Below, in pieces: positions 17,872 to 28,656 of a DNA stretch of 49,304 nucleotides. A program made the position numbers and the translations under genes. Where the stretch lies: assembly GCA_036146215.1 (NCBI GenBank), contig JAYYJN010000109.1, forward strand, positions 1 through 49,304. The letters run 5' to 3'. Every line of letters begins with the position of its first letter. The stretch's first letter is position 1. Source of the DNA: Planctomycetota bacterium. GTDB lineage: Bacteria; Planctomycetota; Planctomycetia; Pirellulales; UBA7805. Below the pieces are notes generated by a model. That model searched no databases. It worked only from the letters and a program-made list of their open reading frames with translations, and was not told the origin of the DNA.

Positions 17872-19407
17872 TTAGTTGCTTTGAGTGTTTTTGAGACGTT
17901 GGCTCTCTGAGGCATTAAACGCTTGATGGCCAGTTGAACCATTTCCGAGAATTGGTTGCTCAGCAACTGGAAGATATTTACGGTGCATTTTTATCACCGA
18001 CTGGTTTTGAGGGTTGGTCGCGAGGTTATTCCATTCATGGGGATCGTTTCGGTGGTCATATAATTCTTCCGATCCGTCACGGTATCGGATGTAACGCCAA
18101 TCACGACTCCGAATGGCATGATTTCCCGGACCAAAGGTGGTTCGCACTGGATGTTTTGCTTTTGATGGTTCCAATATTTGGGGTACCAAGGACGTGCCTT
18201 CGAGTTGGTGATCAGCGGGAAGTTTGCATAAATCAAGTAACGTTGGATAAATATCAATGAGTCCGGCAGGCTGTAGGCACATTTGGTTCTTAGGTAATTC
18301 AGCACCTGCGATGATCAGGGGCACCCGTGTACCATCTTCCCAAAGTGAGCGTTTTGCCCAGCGCTGTTTTTCACCCAAATGAAATCCATGATCTGAAAAC
18401 AAGACAATGATGGTATTATCGCGATAGGGACTTTTATCAAGGGCATCCAAAACATCGCCAACACACGCATCCACAAAAGAGCAGCAAGCAAGATAAGACT
18501 GGATCGCATGTTGCCACTGCTTATTTTTAATGATCCATTCGTGTAATGGGGCTACATGCCGAAGACTTGTAAGGTCTCGCGCATAGCGTGATAAGTCATC
18601 CACGTCACCAGAATATATTGGGGGAGTAATAATTTCTCCACGTGGATGCTGATCAAACCAATCTGGAGGCACAAGCATTGGCACATGCGGCCGGTAAAAA
18701 CCGACGGCTAGAAAAAAAGGTTCTAGGTCGTGGGTTTCTAATTGTTTTATTGCCCAATTGGCAATTTGCGTATCCGGCATTTTGTTATTTGAATCCGGAT
18801 AGGCACCCCAATCCCACAACGGATGACCATGGGGTTGACTGATTTTTTCTTTGGGTTGGGGGCCAAAATGCCCAAAGCCTCCCCCGTATTTTCCCAGCTT
18901 GCTGAATACAGGTCCATTAATCACGTGAAATATTTTCCCAGCACCCAAAACTCGATATCCTTCATCGGCAAATCTTTGTGGTAGTGTTTTCTTTTGCTTG
19001 GTCACCGGGGACGCATCGATTCCTGGATTCAGAAAATAAAGACCTGAGGATGAAGGATATGTCGATGTTAGTAGACTTGCCCGCGACGGTTGACATACCG
19101 GAGCCTGACAATGCGCATTGGAGAAAAGCGTGCCCCTGGCGGCAAGGCGATCAATATTCGGAGTGGAAGCCTGAGGATGCCCACCGAGACACCCTACCCA
19201 ATCATTAAGATCATCAATTGCGATAAGCAATATATTCGGTCTGGAGCTGAGAAGAATTTCCTCTTCCGCAAAAGCTGAGTGCCCCGCGATTATTAGCAAG
19301 GGCAGAGAATGCAGTCGCCAGTGCGTGATCAAAGCGAAGATACGAAACAGATTGGTGAAATGCGCACTGGTTCCGACCACTCGAAATACCCTACTACTGA
19401 CCGCCAC
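17872..19407 (-). CDS. Sulfatase (S1, formylglycine-dependent; choline/iduronate sulfatase-like)
   Basis: PNILLIAIDDL, CQPSRAS (CxPxR), GKIFH, FSDHGFHLGEK, ELYD. Start uncertain. Confidence 0.92.
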   Translation of the reverse strand: MAVSSRVFRVVGTSAHFTNLFRIFALITHWRLHSLPLLIIAGHSAFAEEEILLSSRPNILLIAIDDLNDWVGCLGGHPQASTPNIDRLAARGTLFSNAHCQAPVCQPSRASLLTSTYPSSSGLYFLNPGIDASPVTKQKKTLPQRFADEGYRVLGAGKIFHVINGPVFSKLGKYGGGFGHFGPQPKEKISQPHGHPLWDWGAYPDSNNKMPDTQIANWAIKQLETHDLEPFFLAVGFYRPHVPMLVPPDWFDQHPRGEIITPPIYSGDVDDLSRYARDLTSLRHVAPLHEWIIKNKQWQHAIQSYLACCSFVDACVGDVLDALDKSPYRDNTIIVLFSDHGFHLGEKQRWAKRSLWEDGTRVPLIIAGAELPKNQMCLQPAGLIDIYPTLLDLCKLPADHQLEGTSLVPQILEPSKAKHPVRTTFGPGNHAIRSRDWRYIRYRDGSEELYDHRNDPHEWNNLATNPQNQSVIKMHRKYLPVAEQPILGNGSTGHQAFNASESQRLKNTQSN

Positions 19408-21190
19408 TCATAATCTCCGGAAACCCAGAACCCGGTTTTATCCAAGGATAGCAATCTTCATGTGGAACAACACATTCCAAGACATAGGGGCCACTGGTTG
19501 AGAGCATTCGTTCCATAGCGGGCTGAATTTCTTTCTTTAATGAAACCCTTTCGCCTGGTACGCCATACGAATTGGCATTTGCAATAAAATCCATATCCGA
19601 CACACCATCGACATGATCAATGACCCCCACATTATTTCCTCCAAACATATGGGTAGTCCACTGTCGAACAATACACTGTCCACCGTTATTGATCACTAGA
19701 ACCTTCACAGGAAGGTTGTATCGAGAAACAGTCCGCAATTCTGGCCCGCAACTGTAGTAGCCCTCATCACCTTCCACAACCACTACTAGTCGCTCAGGGG
19801 CGGCTAACTGTGCGCCAATCGCCTGCGAAATACCGGTTCCAAGTGTACCGATCCCCGCACTCGTAACGAAAGATCGCGGACCGGTTGTGTTAATTCTCTG
19901 ACTCGACCACATCTGATGATTTCCGACATCAGTGACCACAATTTTATCCGGGTTACTATGCTCGGTAACCTGATTTAGCATTTCCAGCGTGTACATAATA
20001 TCGAGACAATCCTTGTCTTGGAATTCGCTCGGCGGCGGCGGATTTTCTTTCAACCACCGTTCAATCTGGTGGTGCCATTGATCGAGCTTCAATTTTCCAG
20101 GATCAAGATTATCTAATAGATATCGAACCACATCCCCTGCATCACCTAAGACATTCAACTTATTGGGAACAATATCACGTGATTTAGTGAATTGTGTCTT
20201 TTCTGTATCTACATGCACCAGTGCCGCTCGTTGCTGAGCTTTTGGCGCAAACGAAGACGGGTTGCCCACCGCGCGGTCGTCATATCGAGCACCCAACCCC
20301 AATATAAAATCTGAATGGTAGCCAGCCGCGCTGGCGGCATAGAGGCCATGCATCCCGAGCATACCCAGGTTGTATGGGTAACTTGAACGCACGGATGATT
20401 TTCCAGGTAGAGTATGAATGACGGGGATCTTCGTTTTTTCTAAAAGCGCGTGAAATTCATCGAAGACATTTGCTAATGAAAGACCGTAGCCAGCCATAAT
20501 GACCGGGCTATCCGATGCGTAGAGAAGCTCGATAGCCTCATCTAGCGCGTCTGTATCGAGTTCAGGTTTTGTCAGATAGTCTTGATAAGAGGTAATTTTA
20601 TCGCGACATTTTCTTAAATCGATTGGTGCAAACTGGACATCTTTAGGTAAATCCCAAAGCACACTTCCCGGACGGCCCCCTGCAGCCTGGGCTAGATCTC
20701 TGGGAATAGAATCGATTAATTGGTCGACATTTTCAATAAGTTTGGCAGATTTTGTGACCGGTATTACGACATCCGTGATGTCAGTACCCTGAAATGCATC
20801 CGTACCAATTGCATCCTGTGGCACCTGGCCTGCAATTAATCCAACGGGCGCGCAATCTCTTGTCGCATCGGCAAGAGCCGTAACGGTATTCAGTCCCCCA
20901 GGCCCAGAAGTGACGATGCCAACTTGTGGCTGTTGACTGATTTTTGCCATCCCGAGAACAGCAAATGCGAGTCCTTGCTCGGTTTTAAAAAAAACCTGCC
21001 GTAACGTACGACTAACGCGATCCATCGTAGGCATAATCTGCCCACCCTGAAGCGATGGAACGATATTGATTCCTTGCGCTCGAAGAATTAATCCAATCAA
21101 CGAGGCACCAATAATGGGTGTTTGTTCCTCATTCGCAATAATTTCTTCTGTCAGCTCATCAATCACACTTGTTTCAACTGGTGTCGCCAT
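19394..21190 (-). CDS. ThDP-dependent enzyme, acetolactate synthase large subunit-like (divergent)
   Basis: EQG catalytic Glu, TSGPG, GTDAFQ, LGMLGMHG, RYDDR, DVGNHQMW, GDEG...NN ThDP motif, IVRQW. Confidence 0.8.
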   Translation of the reverse strand: MATPVETSVIDELTEEIIANEEQTPIIGASLIGLILRAQGINIVPSLQGGQIMPTMDRVSRTLRQVFFKTEQGLAFAVLGMAKISQQPQVGIVTSGPGGLNTVTALADATRDCAPVGLIAGQVPQDAIGTDAFQGTDITDVVIPVTKSAKLIENVDQLIDSIPRDLAQAAGGRPGSVLWDLPKDVQFAPIDLRKCRDKITSYQDYLTKPELDTDALDEAIELLYASDSPVIMAGYGLSLANVFDEFHALLEKTKIPVIHTLPGKSSVRSSYPYNLGMLGMHGLYAASAAGYHSDFILGLGARYDDRAVGNPSSFAPKAQQRAALVHVDTEKTQFTKSRDIVPNKLNVLGDAGDVVRYLLDNLDPGKLKLDQWHHQIERWLKENPPPPSEFQDKDCLDIMYTLEMLNQVTEHSNPDKIVVTDVGNHQMWSSQRINTTGPRSFVTSAGIGTLGTGISQAIGAQLAAPERLVVVVEGDEGYYSCGPELRTVSRYNLPVKVLVINNGGQCIVRQWTTHMFGGNNVGVIDHVDGVSDMDFIANANSYGVPGERVSLKKEIQPAMERMLSTSGPYVLECVVPHEDCYPWIKPGSGFPEIMSGGQ

Positions 21191-21283
21191 ACTTTTTCAG
21201 TGTCCTGATTGTCTATATTTTTAGGCGTGCCAAAAATCTGCCGCAATATAAATAAAGGTTTTATGGGATTCAGTTCAGCAATC

Positions 21284-21304
21284 ACCCCGTTTCTTGCGAC
21301 GGGG

Positions 21305-21305
<1 letters not shown>
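21284..21305 (-). terminator. Possible hairpin terminator after gyrB
   Basis: 7-bp inverted repeat ACCCCGT/ACGGGGT at the gyrB stop; no U-tract. Confidence 0.3.
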
Positions 21306-23851
<2,546 letters not shown>

Positions 23852-24166
23852 TTATGAATTGGGTAAGCGACCGATGCGGAATCGAATATCCCTGATTAAA
23901 TTAGTTCCTGTCTTTTTATTAAATGCTTTTACAATTTCATGTTTACGAAAAACTAGTTCTTGCATAACTGTTGAGTTAGTTACAACTACAGTAAGTTTCT
24001 GTTGACTAATTTTCCCACAATATGTCATTGGAGAAATGGCGTCACCCACCGCTTCTCTCCAAATTTCTTCTATGTCGTTCGCGGCTTGTGGTCTTCCCAA
24101 CCCTCTCTTGGAAAGTAAGTCGGCAACAATATTCCCAATCGGTACAGGTCCTCTTTTTTTCATCAT
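23852..24166 (-). CDS. dciA: DUF721 / DciA family helicase-loading protein
   Basis: P-x-P-IG...W-x-x-AVG...L-x-V-x-V-x-NS-x-x-MQEL...IRF pattern; canonical position between dnaN and gyrB. Confidence 0.8.
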   Translation of the reverse strand: MMKKRGPVPIGNIVADLLSKRGLGRPQAANDIEEIWREAVGDAISPMTYCGKISQQKLTVVVTNSTVMQELVFRKHEIVKAFNKKTGTNLIRDIRFRIGRLPNS

Positions 24167-24182
24167 TCACCAAGCGAGTGAT

Positions 24183-25298
24183 TTATCGATCTCGAGCCAT
24201 TGGCATAATAACGTATCCATAGCCATCATCAGTGGTACACACGGCTGCACTTTTTGCATCCTTGATTTCCAATGAAAAAGTTTTATCTGCATCAAGCACT
24301 TTAAGAAAATCGCTCATGTATTTCGGATCCAACATGAGAGTGATTGGCTTTCCGTTATATTCGATCGGTAACTCAATCCTAGATTGCCCTGTTTCGGCTG
24401 CCTCACCCGCCAACACTGCGTTCCCTTCACCGAAAGTAAAATCAACACCTCGACTCTCTTCACTGGTAACAATAGCTGCTTGACGGACAGCGGAATAAAA
24501 TAATCCGACAGGTAGTTCAATCTGCATATTTTCATCCCGCTTAGGAAACACATCCCTCCATTTTGGAAAACGTCCTTCTACTAAACGGGAATAAATAGTT
24601 ACATCACCACATTGAATCAACACATCATTGGAATGGGTGGAAAATTTCACTTGTGATTCTTGGTCGGATAACGCTCTATCAATAAGCTGGAGTGCGCGAC
24701 TTGGAATAATGGTGGTCGAATCACCAGTTTTATGATCACCCACAGGTTCAGATGGACCCTGCATTTTTGCGAGTCGACGACCATCTGTTCCAACTGCTAT
24801 CAAATCCTTGTCACCTAATTCAAATAACACACCACTAAGTGCATAACGACTACTTTCATTATCAGTTGCAAAAATAGTCCGGTGAATGATCTCTTTTAGG
24901 AAAGCTGCTGAAATTTCGTGATAAGAATCATCGGTAAATGAGGCGACAGCTGGAAATTCATCCGGGTTTGCGGCGGGTAGAAGAAAATTACTTCTTTGCC
25001 CATGAACGCGAACACCCTGCGGTGTAACCTCAATCTCTAATTTATCATCTGGCGCTTCTCTCAAAATACTTGAAAATCGATTAACGGGTAGTAACGCAGT
25101 ACCAGGTGTTTCGACCTCCACATCACTCACAATAAACCGAATTCCCACTTCCATATCAGTAGCCGACAATACTGTCTGACCACTTTCAACTTCCAATTTA
25201 ACATTCTGTAATATCACCTTAGGGCTTCTGGATGGAGCAACAGATGCGACTACCTGAAAAGCCTCTAAAAACTTTGCTCGATCACAATGGATTTTCAT
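24183..25298 (-). CDS. dnaN: DNA polymerase III beta sliding clamp
   Basis: ATDME, SSRYALSGV, VGTDGRRLA, RLVEGRFP, YVIMPM. Start at ATG 25298 after a GGGGGAG RBS. Confidence 0.97.
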   Translation of the reverse strand: MKIHCDRAKFLEAFQVVASVAPSRSPKVILQNVKLEVESGQTVLSATDMEVGIRFIVSDVEVETPGTALLPVNRFSSILREAPDDKLEIEVTPQGVRVHGQRSNFLLPAANPDEFPAVASFTDDSYHEISAAFLKEIIHRTIFATDNESSRYALSGVLFELGDKDLIAVGTDGRRLAKMQGPSEPVGDHKTGDSTTIIPSRALQLIDRALSDQESQVKFSTHSNDVLIQCGDVTIYSRLVEGRFPKWRDVFPKRDENMQIELPVGLFYSAVRQAAIVTSEESRGVDFTFGEGNAVLAGEAAETGQSRIELPIEYNGKPITLMLDPKYMSDFLKVLDADKTFSLEIKDAKSAAVCTTDDGYGYVIMPMARDR

Positions 25299-25325
25299 CA
25301 ACCAGACTCCCCCTTCAGACAACAC

Positions 25326-25590
25326 TCTTGTTTATCTATATCTTTTTTATTTTTATTTTCAGTAGTTAAGCCAACACAACAAAAAACACACAACTCTTCA
25401 CAACCCTATTACCCACAACACCATCCACCAAAAAACATTACTGATAACCTGTTGTTAGTGTGTTTATTACTCATCTAACACAAGATTTATTTTGTCGATA
25501 AAAACCCGCACCCAAAGCGAAAAAAATAACAAAGCAAATCAATAAACCCCACTCAATATAAATCAACAAGTTTTCCACATATCGATTAAC
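25326..25590. other. Candidate chromosomal replication origin (oriC)
   Basis: Non-coding AT-rich spacer between a dnaA-like gene and dnaN. TTTTCCACA (25571-25579) fits TTWTNCACA; TTACCCACA (25409-25417) has 1 mismatch. Four CACAAC direct repeats. AT-rich tract at about 25331-25360 next to dnaN. Confidence 0.65.
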
Positions 25591-26490
25591 TCATTTCTGT
25601 AGTTTTTCGATGGCAGCTTTCAGTAGTAAGATATGTTTTTGGATTTCCAAATCCGCAGCTAATTTTTTTTCAATCACTTGGCAACCATGCGAAACAGTCG
25701 AGTGGTCACGACCCAGGAATTTACCAATCTTCTGAATACTGTGGTCGTATGAATGGTGTGCCAAGTGCATCAAGAGTTGCCGAGGAAGAACAATCCCCCG
25801 CTGACGCCGCCGACCCTTTAAATCAAGCATTGAGATCCCAAAATATTTCGAAATTACTCTACCGATATCATTTAATGGGAATTCGGTTCGTACCAAGGAT
25901 TCACTGGTATTAGATATCGCGAGTTTGTGTGATTGGATTTTTAATTTTAAGACAACCCCTGCATGAAAACGGCTTCGTAGTCGTGCGGGAAAATTCAATA
26001 ATGCACTCGGGGGGACACCCATTGTTGCCACAACACGATTATTTCCGGCTGTGCAATGATCTAAAAAACCACATAAACAATGGGTCATTGAATTAGTAGG
26101 AGTAAATTGATCAACATTATCGATAATCCATAACGTTTGCGGATCCGATTGAGGATGCGTTTGCTCTAAAGGTTGATAATTATTTTTTTGTCCATCAACA
26201 AAAATGACCGATTGACCTAACGCTCGACATCGTTGCTCTAATCCCTTCACCAACATAGTTTTTCCAGAACCCCGCCCACCCCAAAACACGGTTGGACTCA
26301 TCAAATAATTCACCGAAAAAGGATTAATCACCCGGTCGACAAGCGTCGGAACTAGATGGTTTTCAGGGCCAAACTGGAAACAGTCTTGTATGTCGTCAAC
26401 TAGAATTTGATCCACTGACTCATGCTCGAATATCGATGCACCGCGAAAAGAAATTGAGCTAACCGGGTCGACGGCCATGGTTCCATCCAT
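25591..26490 (-). CDS. Short DnaA-like protein (degenerate AAA+ plus DnaA domain IV)
   Basis: FQFGPEN, GGRGSGKT Walker A, IIDN, RLRSRF; domain IV PRQLLMHL...IGKFLGRDHSTV. Only 299 aa. Confidence 0.85.
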   Translation of the reverse strand: MDGTMAVDPVSSISFRGASIFEHESVDQILVDDIQDCFQFGPENHLVPTLVDRVINPFSVNYLMSPTVFWGGRGSGKTMLVKGLEQRCRALGQSVIFVDGQKNNYQPLEQTHPQSDPQTLWIIDNVDQFTPTNSMTHCLCGFLDHCTAGNNRVVATMGVPPSALLNFPARLRSRFHAGVVLKLKIQSHKLAISNTSESLVRTEFPLNDIGRVISKYFGISMLDLKGRRRQRGIVLPRQLLMHLAHHSYDHSIQKIGKFLGRDHSTVSHGCQVIEKKLAADLEIQKHILLLKAAIEKLQK

Positions 26491-26552
26491 CGGGCGAAGA
26501 ACCCAGATATTGAGACCAGAAACAACATAAAAGAGCGAACTATTTCATGCTT

Positions 26553-27761
26553 CTAATCTACCATTTTTAGACCCTGTCGACGAGCGGGTGCGGGGGTGTT
26601 CGGAGAGGAAATGGCTTTCTGTAACTTATTTATACATAAAGTGATACGTTGAGCCGCCAGTTCCATTTCTTGGTTCGTATTAAGATAACCAACACTCAGT
26701 CGAATTGCGGCATCCAGTAGTGATGTCTCACATTTCATCGCCTCTAAAATAGGGGATCTTTGGACCGCTCCGCTTTCGCATGCGGCGCCTGTAGAACAGG
26801 CGATCCCTGACTGGTCGAGCGTCATCAACAGAGCCTGTCTATCGACACCAGCTACCGAAAAACAACTTGTTTGCGGTGCTCTTTCTGCTTGGTCTCCATG
26901 GAATACTACATCTGGAAACGCCAACGCAATCTGATGCTCAAGAAAATTGCGCATCTTAGAAAGTGCCTGGATGCTATCTCTCATTTGCGAATGAGACCAT
27001 TTCCATGCAGCCCAGAGTCCCTCCGCTAAAACAGGGCTTTCTGTTCCGGGACGTGCTCCTGATTGTTGGAATCCGCCAAGCAATAAGGGTTTTAATGGAG
27101 TGTTGCCTCGAATAAATAATCCCCCAACCCCCTTCGGACCATGAAATTTATGGCCGGAAAAAGTAAGGGCAGAGACAGGAATTTTTTTCAAATCAATGGG
27201 AATCTTGTTGACTATTTGTGTTGCATCGGTGTGTAGCGGAACGCCATACGTCTGACATAATTCCGCAATCTTCTGGATCGGTTGTAACACACCTGTTTCG
27301 TGTTGGGCCCAGATTACACTAACCAAACTGGCACCTTGTTGAAGAAGGTCTTCAAGTTGTTGTACTGAAATAACGCCCTGACGATCCACATCCAGCCAAT
27401 GAACAACCGTGCCATTTTTTTCCAGGGATCGGGCAACACGTTCGACACTTGGATGTTCTCCTGGTGAAATAATAATTGGACCCGCTTCGCCCAAACCATG
27501 AAGAGCTAAATTATTAGCCTCTGTCGCACCGCTTGTGAAAATAATTCGGTCCGGGTTTAAGCCTGTGGTTTGTCCTCCCAGGTCAACTAAAATCCCCTCT
27601 CGGGCCCGCTCGACTACTTGACGGGCTTTTCGTCCAAAGCGATGAGGACTAGCGGGATTGGCGTGCTGGCAACGCGCGCACTCAAGCATTGCCTCCAGCA
27701 CAGGTGTTGCTAAAGGCGTTGAAGCATTGTTATCGAGATAAAGAATCGTGGGCTGGGACAT
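26553..27761 (-). CDS. iscS: Cysteine desulfurase (IscS/NifS family)
   Basis: YLDNNAST, FTSGATEANN, HTDATQ, SGHKFHGPKG (PLP lysine), STGAAC. Confidence 0.9.
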   Translation of the reverse strand: MSQPTILYLDNNASTPLATPVLEAMLECARCQHANPASPHRFGRKARQVVERAREGILVDLGGQTTGLNPDRIIFTSGATEANNLALHGLGEAGPIIISPGEHPSVERVARSLEKNGTVVHWLDVDRQGVISVQQLEDLLQQGASLVSVIWAQHETGVLQPIQKIAELCQTYGVPLHTDATQIVNKIPIDLKKIPVSALTFSGHKFHGPKGVGGLFIRGNTPLKPLLLGGFQQSGARPGTESPVLAEGLWAAWKWSHSQMRDSIQALSKMRNFLEHQIALAFPDVVFHGDQAERAPQTSCFSVAGVDRQALLMTLDQSGIACSTGAACESGAVQRSPILEAMKCETSLLDAAIRLSVGYLNTNQEMELAAQRITLCINKLQKAISSPNTPAPARRQGLKMVD

Positions 27762-27889
27762 CGCACTTATTATAAGACTTTTATATCAGCGATGGGGATG
27801 ATAGCAGGTGAAAAGTGGCGTCCCGATGGCGGAATCATCGATGATTATTTTGCCTCAATTGGCGTTGTCTTTCAGGAAATACCCTATGT

Positions 27890-28558
27890 ATGATCCCCGC
27901 CATGAAAACTTCCGCGTTTGATACATTTTGTCGTGCTCTTGTTCTCGGCGCCGTTTTAGGTGCGGTTGGCTGGGGTGCCATACGATACACCAATCTTCCA
28001 CAAATGGCTCTTGAAAAAATAGTCACCCTTAGTCGAGAAGTTCAGGGACATGCAGATAATACCAATTACCTTCACGATGCATCGGTAACATTAAAAACCC
28101 CTGCCTCAGTCTCCGCCATAAACTCGAATTCAATCCCTGTGTTGCCGGGTACACCATCATCACCTCAATCATCCCAAAATAATCCGGCGGTGAATTTGGG
28201 GGTTTTGCAACAACAAGAAGCACAACCTGCGGCACATCTAACACAACAGGCAGCCTATTTGGAGCCGACGCCCCCGAACACCAATAACGAAACACCAATT
28301 CATCAAATTTCCACCAGTCGCAAAACCATGGAACAACGGCTATGTGAATTAGGAGCCGTCTACAGCTTGCTTGAGATGTGGGGGCACGAAAACGTGCAAT
28401 ACCGTTTCCATTGCCGGGTATCAATCGCAAATAACCGACAAGTTACGCGAAGTTTTGAAGCTAACGGCGGGAGTCCCGAAGAGGCGATGTGGCACGTGCT
28501 CGCGGAAGTGGAAGGGTTTCAATCCACAAGTAGTCTGCAGGGACCGGAAGTACGCTGA
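27890..28558 (+). CDS. Hypothetical membrane-anchored protein
   Basis: 222-aa ORF with an N-terminal TM, a Pro/Ser/Gln-rich linker and a compact C-terminal domain (RLCELGAVYSLLEMWG...YRFHC); fills the gap on a divergent promoter. Confidence 0.7.
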   Translation: MIPAMKTSAFDTFCRALVLGAVLGAVGWGAIRYTNLPQMALEKIVTLSREVQGHADNTNYLHDASVTLKTPASVSAINSNSIPVLPGTPSSPQSSQNNPAVNLGVLQQQEAQPAAHLTQQAAYLEPTPPNTNNETPIHQISTSRKTMEQRLCELGAVYSLLEMWGHENVQYRFHCRVSIANNRQVTRSFEANGGSPEEAMWHVLAEVEGFQSTSSLQGPEVR

Positions 28559-28656
28559 ATAACTTCAGTGGTATTTCACCCTGTTTATTACTTTTCAGAA
28601 AAACATGTCATATATTCAATAGATATGTTTTATGCCATTCAGGCTTTGAGCTCACG

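Noticed and set aside
25287-25478. 63-aa ORF in the dnaA-dnaN spacer
   Set aside because: Low-complexity translation of the AT/CA-rich origin-like sequence, antisense to the dnaN start.
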